64,000 nucleotides of DNA from Octopus vulgaris (Eukaryota): the NCBI GenBank assembly GCA_951406725.2, contig OX597819.1, forward strand, positions 17,112,001 through 17,176,000, given 5' to 3'. Below, piece by piece: positions 1-12,260 of the stretch; position 1 is the first letter of the stretch; each line of letters begins with the position of its first letter. Below the pieces are notes generated by a model that worked only from the letters and a program-made list of their open reading frames with translations, did no database searches and was not told the DNA's origin. The translations under genes and the position numbers were made by a program.

Positions 1-193
1 CCAGTAGATGCATCAGTATAGCAGCCAACACATCGTCTGGCAGTTAAAGAGGAAATACGTGATATCGGTAATAGGGACTTGACTGAGACCTCATGTACCG
101 CCTCCCAACGGCTTATACAAACTGATTCAATCAGCTGTTAGAGGAAAAAACATGACGTACTCGTCGAGTTTATTGCTCTAGCGATAGGTTGCA

Positions 194-445
194 GAAACGC
201 GTGACTTAGTGGTTAGGGTGTTTGGTTCATGGTCGTAAGATTGTGGTTTCGATTCTTGGATCAAGCGATGTGTTGTGTTCTTGAGCAAAACACTTCATTT
301 CACATTGCTCCAGTCCATTCAGCTGGCAAAAAAGGAGCAACTCTGCGACGGACCGTGGTCCCATCAATATGGGGAATGTATACGCCATGGAAACCGGGAA
401 ACCGACCCTTAAGAGTAAGGATGACTCGGGAAGGAAACTTTATCT
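194..445 (+). mobile_element. tRNA-derived SINE, family A
   Basis: A-box-like GTGACTTAGTGG and B-box-like GGTTTCGATTC, then TTCTTGAGCAAAACACTTCATTTCAC. Homologous reverse copy at 4541-4778; head fragments at about 22720-22830 and 47890-48000. Confidence 0.8.
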
Positions 446-960
446 AAACTTTACCTTTAGGAACAGATTTCATCCAATCTGTTGCGTTGTCCCATAATGA
501 TTTATTGCACACACATACGTATACACACACATCCCTACATACATACATGCATGCATGCATCCATACAAACATGCATCCATGCGTGGACAGAACTTATGGG
601 ATGTCCTGATATATTGATATGCGCATATTTTTACACTTGAATCGTGTTGGCACATTAAAAAGGGCTGTAAGCATTATGTCTCTTGAACTTTGTGCCTCCC
701 TTGCAGGTTGACAGCTACTCGTGCTGATGTTTCTTCCCGAATGGGAAAGTCCTAAAAACACAACAAAGCGTCATTGCTGGTAAGTTCTTGTCCTCGCCAG
801 AACTCTTTTCCTTCCTGTGAGCAAAAGGTGCAACGTGAGATTCCCTGATAGCATATTTTCAGAAAGTGTTCTTGAATTTCATAGGACTGTAGAACTAAAA
901 ATTAGTGTGTGTCTTAAATACCTTGATCAGAATTGGGTAGTAAGGGGACTATCCAACCAT

Positions 961-1109
961 ATACAATTCTATATTTAAGAGATGAGGAATTATGTACATT
1001 ATTTACATTATTTACATTTGACGGATATTTGTCCTCATCTTGATTGTTGTTAACACAGCGTTTCGGCTGATATACCCTCCAGCCTTCATCAGGTGTCTTG
1101 GGGAAATTT
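961..1109 (-). mobile_element. Inverted 3' arm of hammerhead-tailed SINE (family H1)
   Basis: Reverse complement of the tail at about 1715-1832. Matches 14352-14490 and 29356-29506. Hammerhead core at 1052-1097 with the cleavage triplet mutated to GCU. Confidence 0.85.
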
Positions 1110-1130
1110 AACCATTACGCCATATACCTG

Positions 1131-1218
1131 TGGCATATGTCATAGTGGTGAGGAGTTCGAGCTACTAACTCCAAGATTCCGAGTTCAATTCCAGGCAGTG
1201 ACCTGAATAATAATAACC

Positions 1219-1306
<88 letters not shown>

Positions 1307-1626
1307 TATTAATAATAATAATAATGACCTGGAAATAGAGGTAACTAGAATGTGGAATCTGAAAACAGAAACAATTCCTATCATAGTAGGTGCATTAGGC
1401 ATGATAAAAAAATATTCAGACAAATACATAACAAAAACACCAGGACTTACAAACACATATAACATACAGAAAATTGCACTACTAGGCACTGCCCACATCC
1501 TACGCAGAACACTTTCCATACAATAACCATCAGAGCATCACAACAAATCACAGCACCTACCCAAGGCACACAGAGCTGCGCTCGGTAGTGAAGTGAAAGC
1601 ACGCTATAAAAATAAAAATAAAACTA

Positions 1627-1673
<47 letters not shown>

Positions 1674-1832
1674 TATTAACATCGAAAAATAACTTAGGAA
1701 TGAGAACCCAGGTTCGAAATTTCTGTAATACACCTCATGAAGGCTGGAGGGTATTATCAGCCGAAATGTTGTGTTATCAACAAACAAGATGAGGACAAAT
1801 ATCCGTCAAATGTAAATAATGGAAATAATGTA
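1131..1832 (+). mobile_element. Hammerhead-tailed tRNA-derived SINE (H1), interrupted by an R4/Dong LINE fragment
   Basis: Head TGGCATATGTCATAGTGG...GAGTTCAATTCCAGGCAGTGACC, then (AAT)n, then a tail with a degenerate hammerhead CTCATGA-AGGCTG...CAGCC-GAAATGTTGTGTT at 1729-1775. Same layout as 29540-29820. Confidence 0.85.
1326..1629 (+). mobile_element. 5'-truncated R4/Dong-like non-LTR retrotransposon (endonuclease C-terminus plus 3' UTR)
   Basis: Translates DLEIEVTRMWNLKTETIPIIVGALGMIKK...IQKIALLGTAHILRRTLSIQ* (stop 1524-1526), typical of a restriction-like endonuclease (RLE) domain end. (AAT)n on both sides. Confidence 0.85.
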
Positions 1833-1858
1833 TCCAACCAAAGCTTAGCAACTTTCGA

Positions 1859-2127
1859 TATCGGTTGCTTTTCTTCTGTAGCTATCTTCAACTGTTTGGT
1901 TCTCTTTGACGTATTCCATGCAAAATATATTTATGTTGGCACCAGAAGGATCACCGGCCGCTTTGTGTATATATACTTATTTATTAATTTTTAAAGCGTG
2001 GAGCTTATTCTATCGGTTGCTTTTCTCCTGTTAGACGGATAGCTATCTTCAACTGTTTGGTTCTCTTTGACGTATTCCATGCAAAATATATTTATGTTGG
2101 CACCAGAAGGATCACTGGTCGCTTTGT
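1859..2127 (+). repeat. Local direct duplication of about 110 bp
   Basis: 1859-1966 and 2011-2127 are near-identical (TATCGGTTGC...CGCTTTGT); the second copy has a 9-nt insertion. Confidence 0.9.
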
Positions 2128-2384
2128 CATTAACTATACTAAAGAGTTCTTTTTGCCTGAAAGTGCCTAGAAGGTTTGAAGGCATAATGGAACCTCAATC
2201 AGGTCAAAATGTGTGCATGTGGCAGCACTCTCATTACCTGCCATTAGTAATTGAAATTTAATTTTATTATAAATTGAGAATTAAAGGTAACATTTGTTCG
2301 TGATTGTAATTTAAACCCGCATCCACAACATATAACTTTAAATCAGTTGATTTGACGCGATCACCAGAAATAGATAGCGATTAA

Positions 2385-2439
<55 letters not shown>

Positions 2440-2442
2440 AAT

Positions 2443-2505
<63 letters not shown>
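2385..2505. repeat. (GA)n plus (GATA)n microsatellite
   Basis: Seen directly. Confidence 0.95.
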
Positions 2506-2506
<1 letters not shown>

Positions 2507-2688
2507 ATGGAAGAATGAGAGGTGGAACCGGGAGATTAGAAATTCTTTAAATTAAAATCATTTCGATGAGGAAGTGAAAGGCGAGTAGAATAGTGAAACA
2601 GATAAAGGTAAAACATAATAAAGCACTGTGGTGAAAGCGAAGAGTTGGGCGATAGATTCAACCATATGTATGTACACACAGAAACACA

Positions 2689-2743
<55 letters not shown>

Positions 2744-2894
2744 AAATACACACACATATACGTATTAGTAGTGTGTATGTGTAAACAGTTTTGTTTAGTT
2801 ATGTATTCCGTGGAGCTGTCTAATAAATATGAACAACTATCTGCCTTCATCGCTTCTCCGCTCATCTCTTTCTCTCTCACTTTTTATAAATATA

Positions 2895-3716
2895 TGCGTG
2901 TGTGTGCATGTTTGTGTGTCCATGTGTCTGTTTGTCCCTCTCCACCGCTTGAGACCTGCTGTTGGTGTTTAGGTTGCTTAACTCTAGCGGTTCGGCAAAA
3001 AAGGCCGATAGAATAAGTTCCACGCTTTAAAAATTAATAAGTAAGTACTAGTGTCAATTTATTCGACTAAACGTCCTTCAAGGCGGTGTTCCAGCTAGTG
3101 CCGTCGCTAAGCCCCTGCAGCTCCTGCCTTCCCCGGGGGCCTCCACAGATGAGGGGCCCCATGTTAAGATTAAAATACGTAGATGAGTCATCTTTTTACT
3201 TTGGTTAAGATGTTGAACAAGAATTAAACTATGTTAACTGAAAATTTCAAAAAATAAAATGGTAATACATTGTACCTGTAAAAGTTATTGTAAAAATATT
3301 ACATTGTTCCATGACTTTTGTGGATTGTCTATGATGTCTATTGAACACGAACTTATCTCTCAGCTTGATTATTCTGAACTGATTAATGATTTCACGAAGC
3401 GAAAATTGTTTGTCTTTGAAAGTTGCCTGGATGATAAAAGTGCTTTTATATTCAGATTTGGAGGTTCTACTTATTGAAATTTGTAATAGATCTAAATAAA
3501 TTTAACTTGTACTTTTAAAGATGTTCTTTAGGGTGACGTGAAATATCGAACTTCAGATAGAATAAAGCAAAATATAGCCACGAATAAAAGATGCAAAGAT
3601 AATGAATTTTGACTGAAGGGATGTGGCCTCGAAACAAAAAGTTGCAGGGGTCTTCTAAAAGTCATGTGGCGGAGCTGGTCTCAGCATAACCGCAGTCTAA
3701 TGACTGAAACAAGTAA
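2895..3716 (+). mobile_element. 3' half of SINE family D, split by a hAT insertion
   Basis: TAGCGGTTCGGCAAAA...AAGGCGGTGTTCCAGC (to 3095) resumes as CAGCATAACCGCAGTCTAATGACTGAAACAAGTAA (to 3716). Matches 55800-56002. Confidence 0.8.
3096..3677 (+). mobile_element. Non-autonomous hAT (Tip100-like) deletion derivative
   Basis: Imperfect termini TAGTGCCGTCGC / TGGCGGAGCTG, degenerate 8-bp TSD GTTCCAGC/GTCTCAGC, and remnant GLSMMSIEHELISQLDYSELINDFTKRK resembling the end of the hAT dimerisation domain. Confidence 0.7.
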
Positions 3717-3985
3717 CCGATTGTGTATATATCACTTGAATCTGTTCACCTGTCCATCAGAACTGTCACACTTGTTCACTTGTTCTCTCAATCCCGTCAC
3801 TAACGGCCCTTCAGTACTCTCGTTTGTCATGGCAACAAACTCAAGTTTAGCACATTCATAACAAGTATAAATAGAGCAAACAAAAATATATTTGTCTTGT
3901 CCTGGTGATGAGACGATGACGTTAGTAAATGTGATGGTAGTGATGATGGTAGTTCAGAGGAGATCTTTCATGGTGTGACCAATCA

Positions 3986-4191
3986 TTTCCACTACGACCA
4001 CAAGTCCTGAAATTTTGGAGGGAGGGCTTAGTCGATTATATTAACCCAAAAGCTCAACTGGTACTTATTTCGTTCGAAAGGATGAAAGGCAAATCGACAT
4101 CCGTGGAATTCGGACTCAGAATGTAAAACCGGAAGAAATGGCGCTAAGCATTTTGTCCGATACGCTAACGATTCTTCCAGCTCGCCGCCTT
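3986..4191 (-). mobile_element. SINE family C (tail type 2)
   Basis: Reverse complement begins GGCGGCGAGCTGG and includes the central GCCTTTCATCCTTTCG...AAGTACCAGTT box. Confidence 0.8.
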
Positions 4192-4408
4192 AACTATTAT
4201 ATTAATAATAATGGTATCAAATGTTGGAGCATGGTGAGCAGTTTTGAAGCAAGGGGTTTGTCGATATCATTAATCCAAGTACTTGACTGCTACCTTCTCC
4301 AGCTGAAGAATGAAGGGCAAATTTAACTTTGGTTGTATTTGAACATCAAATATTCTGTTTGATGTTCTAAAGATTCTGCGAATCCACAACCTAATTTTTG
4401 CATACACG

Positions 4409-4467
<59 letters not shown>

Positions 4468-4540
4468 ACACACACACGCACACACATGCACGCGCACATA
4501 CATGCACACACGCACGCACACACAAAGATAAAGCATACTT

Positions 4541-4778
4541 CACGGGCCCAATGGACTCATGAGAGCCGGTTTCCAGGTTTCCGCGGTGTGTGTATATTTA
4601 CGCCTTGCACGGGAATCCGGTCCGTCGCAGGGTTACTCCTTTTTGCCAGCTGAGTGGACTGAAGTGTGAAATGAAGTGTTTTGCTCAAGAACACAACGTG
4701 TCGCCCGGTCCAGGAACTGAAACCTCAATCTTATCATCATAAGTCCAAAACCTTAACGACTAAGCCACACGTCTCCAC
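4541..4778 (-). mobile_element. SINE family A
   Basis: Reverse-complement homolog of 194-445. Confidence 0.8.
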
Positions 4779-4785
4779 ACACACA

Positions 4786-4829
<44 letters not shown>

Positions 4830-5159
4830 TATAAAATATATACATGTATATTTGTATATATTCATACGTACATATATACATACATATGTGTGTGTATATA
4901 TATACGTACATATATACATACATATGTGTGTATATATGTATGTATGTCATTATGCAGTTTATTTCAAGATTTCTTGCCAATAGAGAAAGAGTGAGTTCCT
5001 ATCCTAGATCCAAGACCCTTTCATTGGAATTTCAGCATCAAAAGTGTATGTATGTATGTATGTATGCATACATGCATGCATTTATGTATGTATACGTGCA
5101 GATTCGTCTGTTTTGTTTTATGTATGTATTCTCATGCATATACTAGCATATCTAGACAT

Positions 5160-5660
5160 GATCATTTATACTCAAATGATAAACTTTTGGAAAGCTTTAC
5201 AGATTTTTACAGTTCCAATGATGACTTGTAGTCTACAATGATGAGTTGTAGTCTTCGAATCAGCTTTCTCTTTTCTGGTTTTGAGAAGCCTAATTTCTCA
5301 AGATTGCTATTTAGGCAGTATGTTCCAGTGCCCCAATAATTACAGGTATAAACCTGAACTTGTAATCCAGATAGAGTAACTGCAGATTTCTCAATATTTT
5401 AGCGTAGGTATGGTCTCTTTCACTGATCTTCAGTTTTATATTAACATCCGCTAAGCAGCTGATTTCCACAACTGTACACAGTTTTTCTTCTATGTCTCAA
5501 ATCATTATATCAAGTCTTTTGTGTTTATATTTTACCCAGGTTTTCACTGGGACATTCCACCAGTACTCTTTTTTTTATTATGAGTGTCTATGGCTTCTAC
5601 CATACTGTGGTTTCTTATTTCTTTGTCCTCGAGGTTATCCTTCCGAAAGATTTCATGACC
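5160..5660 (-). mobile_element. Degenerate RLE-type (R4/Dong/NeSL-like) LINE 3' fragment
   Basis: Minus strand reads EEKLCTVVEISC...ADVNIKLKI...LRNLQLLYLDYKFRFIPVIIGAL...LEKLGFS. Homologous to 58780-59350. Confidence 0.75.
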
Positions 5661-5689
5661 AAGCTACAAATCATGTCTTATCTGTAGAT

Positions 5690-5870
5690 AATAGAGTGAT
5701 GACATTTTCGTTATTGTTCGTTATTGTCTATTTATTTGAATCCTTATTTTTCATCAACTATTTTAACAAATCAGTCAGTAATATCTTCTTCATTATTTAC
5801 GACTTCTTACCAATGTTCTACAAACTTGCCAATGCCTTGACTGTATGTAGAAATCAAGAGTGTTCACTCG
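5690..5870 (-). mobile_element. Possible mariner 3' remnant
   Basis: Minus strand GIGKFVEHW*EVVNNEED resembles the mariner C-terminus (GIxKLxxRWxxVVxxxGxY). Confidence 0.45.
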
Positions 5871-6433
5871 AAGAATTCATTCAGGCACATTTTCGGCTCC
5901 ACATCATTGTTGAGGGCATTCCATGTGTTGGGCTAATTCCCTAGCGGAGTGGCGCAGATCCTCGTGGACGTGTTTTTTTCGAACGATCCTCATAGAGATG
6001 AACAGATCGGCCTGAACACGGAGAGACTGTGAGGTCGAATTTCTCCCCCTTAAAGCTTGGAATCCAAATCCATGCAGCTTGGAATCCAAATCCAAATCCA
6101 TCCTTCTTCATACTCAACACTAACGCCTCAAGTGGATTTGGCAGCTTTGGAATCTCGAATGAAAGCAAAAAAGAAACAGATGACAAAAATGCAAATCTTA
6201 GTTTTCTACTTTATTTATCCGAAAAAGAGGTAAAATTTATTTAAATTTCAAAATCGATAAACAAATGTTGTAGCGGAAGAATGGAATTGAATGAAAAACC
6301 TCCATAAGACAGTTCGGTTATAATACTTTTCCTATTAATTCAAATAACATTGGCAAGAAAAGAACGAATTTATCTGACCATGCTAAATAATTATGTGTGT
6401 GTGTATACACATACAAACAGTCACAGACAAACA

Positions 6434-6485
<52 letters not shown>

Positions 6486-7417
6486 TACACACATATATAT
6501 ATATATATATATATACACACTCATACATACATTTAGAGTGTATATAAATATATATGCACATTTTTATACGTGTATATTTTAATGATATGAGATTGTGTTT
6601 GTAGATAAATCGTAAAGAAATTTTTATTCGTATGTTAATTAAATACACATTTATCCTCACTGTGTAAACAGAAATAGACGTGGTAGTTAAAATACAGGGT
6701 TCTCTCCGCAGAAAGAAGCAAAAGTCAACTCGACCAGTTTCGCTTGGTCATTATCAACTCCTATATTTATTTACACAGCGAAAGTTGTTTGTTGTATATA
6801 CGCATACACATTCATTTACAGCTTCTCCACAAACAAACTGTCAAATATATTTTATCTTTTAGTGAAAGGAAGAAATATAGCGATCATGACCTTTTGTATG
6901 CTCTCAGTGATCGGTCAAAGCAAAGCAGAAGTTATTCTCAGTCTAGGAGCCCAGTCTGGGTGCTTTAGAGTGAACTCCGCTAAGACTACTGAAGATTCTG
7001 TTAGTAGTACTCAACGGGGGTGACTGATTTAATTTGCTGCTTCACAAGTGTAACGCTCCACGTAAAGACTCAACGTCACGGTTTTAGTTTATCAAACTCC
7101 TCAAGGCTTTCGTGGAAAACACTTTGTCCACTATATAAGAATGTGGAATCGAACTCGCAATTATGTATTTGTAAAGCAAACTCCTTAACCGCATCACTAT
7201 GATTGTGCATCTCCCACCATTTTATGTTCTCCTCCTTGATGTATATATCACTTTTAATATCACATAACATATCTGTCCTCCCTCGACTTTCAGTATGCAT
7301 TTAAAGAATGCGGGTAGACTCGCTCTACTAACAGAAAACCCAAAGTATTAAATGGGGATACATAGACAGACAGACAAACATATATACACATGTTCCTTTG
7401 CGCACACACACACACAC

Positions 7418-7459
<42 letters not shown>

Positions 7460-7664
7460 TCGCATAGGCACACATATTCGCACAGGCACACACATTCGCA
7501 CAGGCACACACGCATTCGCACAGGTACATATATTTCTATTTTTGAGGAACAGTTTTCCTTTAATCCCCTTCGTTATTGATTTCGTTTGTTACCTCATTAG
7601 TCTTTCCAAGGTCTTTAACTTCTCAAAAGCTTCTCAGTCTCATCTTCTGATAAGAACGTCTTGT

Positions 7665-8674
7665 TGCCGCATAGAAGTATGTATGACTATAAGTAGATCG
7701 AGAAGTTTAATGGCCGGACAAACGTGAAGCACGAACAGGGAGTAGGACGTCCATCAACTTCCATCACTAACGTGAAGATTCAACAAGCACGAGAGATGGT
7801 TCTGACGAACCGGCGAGTGACCATCGAAAAAGTAACATGTTCTCTGCGAATTAGTCATCGTTCAGCATACGAAATAACCCACGAGCCGCTTCTCTTCCGT
7901 TAAGTCTGTGCGAGGTGGGTGCCAAAAGAGTTTACTGAAGCGCATAAGCGCCATCGTGTAGAGATCTCTGTAGAGATCTGATTTACGCGACCGCTATAAC
8001 GTTGCAGGCGAAGTTTTTTCTGGAGAGAATAGTCATAAACCTATCAGTTGAGATCTGGGTCCATCACTTTCAGTCAGAATTCAAAAAGCAGAGTATGGCA
8101 TGAAGCACCCTAAATCGCCAACAAAAATGAAATTCAAGACTCAACCTCACGCAGAAAAAACTGACACGAACCGTTTTTTGAGACGCAAAAGGGTCTATGC
8201 AGGAACATTAGCTGGAAGACGGATCAACCGTCGCCAGCGTCAGTTACATGAAATGCTGGCCAACAAACGGAAACCCGCAATTCGCACCAAACACCGATTT
8301 CTATTCTCAAAGCCAGTGTTATTGTTGCACAACATGCACGGCCACATTCTACCGTCTACGCCGTGGAAAACACTGAAAACTGCGATCCGAGTCGGTTGAA
8401 CATCCTGCATACGGTCCAGATCACCTCTTTGGACAGCTCAGACATCTTTTAGGAGGACGTTCATTTGCTACAGATGCAACAACAGGAAGTGGTGCATAAA
8501 TGGTTACACGACCAACGGAAGACATCCTTCACCGATGAAATAAAGTTGTGGACCGCTGAAAGAAGTACATCAAAATGTAAGGAGACTATGTTGAAAAATG
8601 TTGTAATTGTTCTACCCTTGCATTTGCTTTAAGAAAGTACGAAAACAAGAATGCGTATAGTTTTTGACCATACC

Positions 8675-8679
<5 letters not shown>
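7665..8679 (+). mobile_element. Degenerate mariner transposon
   Basis: GRPSTSIT...NRRVTIE...VCARWVPKEFT (WVPxxL motif), WVHHF..E.K.QS, HPAYGPD (YSPD motif), with frameshifts. Ends TTTTTGACCATACCCTCA next to TA repeats. Confidence 0.88.
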
Positions 8680-8755
<76 letters not shown>

Positions 8756-8914
8756 AACCTTTAATGCAAAACCGATTGGTAAGATCGGCCACAATGGATA
8801 TATAATAGTGTATACTCCGATTAATAGCCCCACTCTACTGATAGATATACGAGTGCATTTTTTCCTGACTTAGCTTACATATGAATATATATATATACAT
8901 ATATATATATATAC

Positions 8915-8995
<81 letters not shown>

Positions 8996-9160
8996 CACAC
9001 ACACACACACACAGATGTAATTTTTATATATGATAACGGAGCTAAAGTATGCAAAGTGAAGCCGCTTGCCTCAGATTGTTTTTACTCACTTCTGTTGTTT
9101 ATAGTACTGCTTGGAATTAAATAGATATATATATATTAATCAAAATAAAAAGATGATGCC

Positions 9161-9187
9161 TAGGGTTAGGGTTAGGGTTAGGGTTAG
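9161..9187 (+). repeat. Short interstitial (TTAGGG)n tract
   Basis: TAGGGTTAGGGTTAGGGTTAGGGTTAG. Confidence 0.85.
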
Positions 9188-9248
9188 TACCACCTACACC
9201 ACTAAATGGTATACACAGGTGCTTACAATTATCAAGTATTCACCCCGA

Positions 9249-9284
<36 letters not shown>

Positions 9285-9325
9285 CAGTTCTAGTCCTGTA
9301 GAAGCTCCTTCTATAAAATAAATAA

Positions 9326-9392
<67 letters not shown>

Positions 9393-9396
<4 letters not shown>

Positions 9397-9526
9397 ATTT
9401 ACCACGTAAACTACGATGAAAAAAATATGAGGAAGATATGGTAATTCGTTTTTATTGTGCAGGGTTTCGTTAAGACATGTAATTTATTTTAAGCGTTACG
9501 CAAGGGTAAAAAGGTTGAGAAACACT
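9393..9526 (-). mobile_element. One end of a hAT (Charlie-like) MITE
   Basis: Reverse complement AGTGTTTCTCAACCTTTTTACCCTTGCGTAAC... matches 37693-37830. Confidence 0.75.
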
Positions 9527-9549
9527 TTTGTGGAGAGTGGACATCTCAC

Positions 9550-9911
9550 AAAGGAGATGGGGATTTAGTTGCACATGATCTTCTTGACTGTGTCGAAGAA
9601 GAGGAACTCTTTTGAAAACAGTCATAACAGGTGAGGAATCATGAGTTTATTTATGGCTATGACCCCGAAACTAAGGCTTGGAAGGAATCCCACTTGAAAG
9701 GAAGATTTCAAGACGCCCGGTAAATCCAAAAGAATATGATTAGGCAAAATCTCGTAATCCTAAAAGAAAAAGGACTTCGAGGAAAGTTCCCAGTAGTGGA
9801 AACGATGCTGAATAAAGTGTATAGCTTCATAAGAGGACTACTTTCAATTGATATGTGCTGTGGTTTACTTTTTAGGGCATCAGTCCTGATACATTTTGAT
9901 CACACCTCATA
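9550..9911 (+). mobile_element. Internally deleted mariner remnant
   Basis: VITGEES..YGYDPETK catalytic-domain motif; ends TTTTGATCACACCTCA-TA. Confidence 0.7.
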
Positions 9912-9931
9912 CATAGGTACATGTTTGTATA

Positions 9932-9965
<34 letters not shown>

Positions 9966-10355
9966 TACGCACACACACACACATGCATGTATACGTATGT
10001 GTATCTATGTATATGTGTGTGTCAGTGTGTACTTTTGTCTGTGTCAGTGCTTATGTACTGGGCATTTGAAATGGCCGCCGAACTTACGCTACGTTCTTTT
10101 ACGTCCCACTCAATAGCACTTCGACACATAGGACCTCAGAAAATTAGTAAAAGACAAATAAATACCGGAGGCGGTATGATCGATAAAAACGCCGGAGGCA
10201 ACGCTCCAGCATGACGGCAGCCCGGTAGCAGTATCCGATAGAAGAATGTATATGTATATTGCGCTGTTTAGACCGAGACAAGGAGAGGGTTAGAGAGCGA
10301 GAGAGAGAGAGTGAAAGAGAAAGAGAATGAGAGAGAGGGAGAGAGGGACATACAC

Positions 10356-10393
<38 letters not shown>

Positions 10394-10782
10394 GGGTGTT
10401 TGGAGAGTGGTGGTGGATGACGACATTGGTTGTAGACGACAGGGTCTATAGTCGTATAGAGGTGAGAGTGTCGGGTCGTCAATTCGAAATATTTGGGTTA
10501 TGTACACATGTACACTGTCAGACCTACACAGAAGTAATCACCACCCGCCCCAACACACTCCTCCATTTTACAGACAATACGCACATACTCATAAACACAC
10601 ACACAATGCACACACGCACACATTGACTACGTACTTATATACATACATACATACATACATACATACATACATACATACATACATACATACATACATACAT
10701 GCAAAATGAAAACTGACCTGAACCTGGTGGAACGCATTACCTACCTCTATTTTCTCTTTTCTAGTTTCTTCTCCTCTTGCTG

Positions 10783-10840
<58 letters not shown>

Positions 10841-11393
10841 ATTTTCTTCACCACGCTCTCCTCTTCTCTCCCCCCCCCCCGCAAGAAAATATGAGTCAAC
10901 AACCGGGCCTGTTCATAGTCACACGAATTCCTAGAAATAGCAGCCAGATTCACTCATATTAGTTGTCTTAGAGTAAACCAATTGTGAAAATACAGGATGG
11001 TCATAGGTGGAATGAGTTTGATCAGAGGTGAGTCCATTTAGAACCTACCCACGGTTAAACCACCGCACCAGGACCCCCAACATTTCCATTACTACAATCT
11101 ACAATGATACCACGAGAACCAATGTAACCACCTGCATCGTTACAACTGTCACTGCACCTCCCTGTCAACATGGTTAGAAGCTGTGTCAACATCGCCACAA
11201 CCACCACTCTACCGTCACACATGCACACACACACATGCACACACACACACACACGCACACACGCACGCATACACACACACACAGCCTCCACCATGTGCCG
11301 CCATTCCTGAGACGTTTGTGATTTACAAGGTTCAGTTTGTGGTGGTTCATTATGGGACCGTGATGAATGAAACATTTACGCAGTACGCTGTTA

Positions 11394-11454
11394 CACCACC
11401 ACCACCACCACCACCACCACCACCACCACCACCACCACCACCACCATTACTCTT

Positions 11455-11514
<60 letters not shown>

Positions 11515-11573
11515 TTGCTACTACCACCACCACCACCACCACCACCACTACTACTACTACTACTACCACCACC

Positions 11574-11665
<92 letters not shown>

Positions 11666-12007
11666 ATTGTTACTGTACTTCGTCTCACGACCACTGCCAC
11701 CGTTACCCTCCGCATAAACACCACCACCACTACCACCACTACCACTACCACCACCACCACCTTCTTATCACAATTCATCATTGTCTACCTCGGCCTGTCG
11801 CCACCACCTGAGGCATCGCTACTCCAACCGCAACCACAGCACTATTATCATCATCATCATCATCACCATCGTCACACTACCCACATCTCTGGATGTCACC
11901 GATGAAGCCCCCACCACTAAGCATGACACTAACGTCAACTTCATTCTATCCTGTCTACACCACCTCGACTCCTACCACCAACACCACCATCGTCACCTCC
12001 AGTAATG

Positions 12008-12040
<33 letters not shown>

Positions 12041-12175
12041 TCTCTCTCTCTCTCCACTTAATACTCAGTTACACTACCACACCTACCACCGCCACCTATA
12101 CCTGTAACACGAGCAGAACTTCAACCACCACTGACACCATTACTACTACTACTACTACTGTTACTACTGCTGCTG

Positions 12176-12219
<44 letters not shown>

Positions 12220-12260
12220 GCTACTACTACTACTACTTCTACTACTACTACTAGCATGGT
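11394..12260. repeat. Compound trinucleotide microsatellite region (CAC/TAC/TGC/CAT)
   Basis: Seen directly; accounts for the homopolymeric ORFs here. Confidence 0.95.

Noticed and set aside
194-445. Assigning published names (OK, OR1, OR2, CORE or Meta-SINE classes) to SINE families A-D
   Set aside because: This cannot be done reliably without a database alignment, so neutral labels were used.
707-779. Plus-strand exon (TTGCAG|...|GTAAGT)
   Set aside because: The splice signals are good, but all three frames contain stops and there is no other support; at most a non-coding exon.
11183-11905. Longest ORF (240 aa) and the many poly-amino-acid, HT-, YI- and CV-repeat ORFs
   Set aside because: They are translations of microsatellites that lack stop codons.
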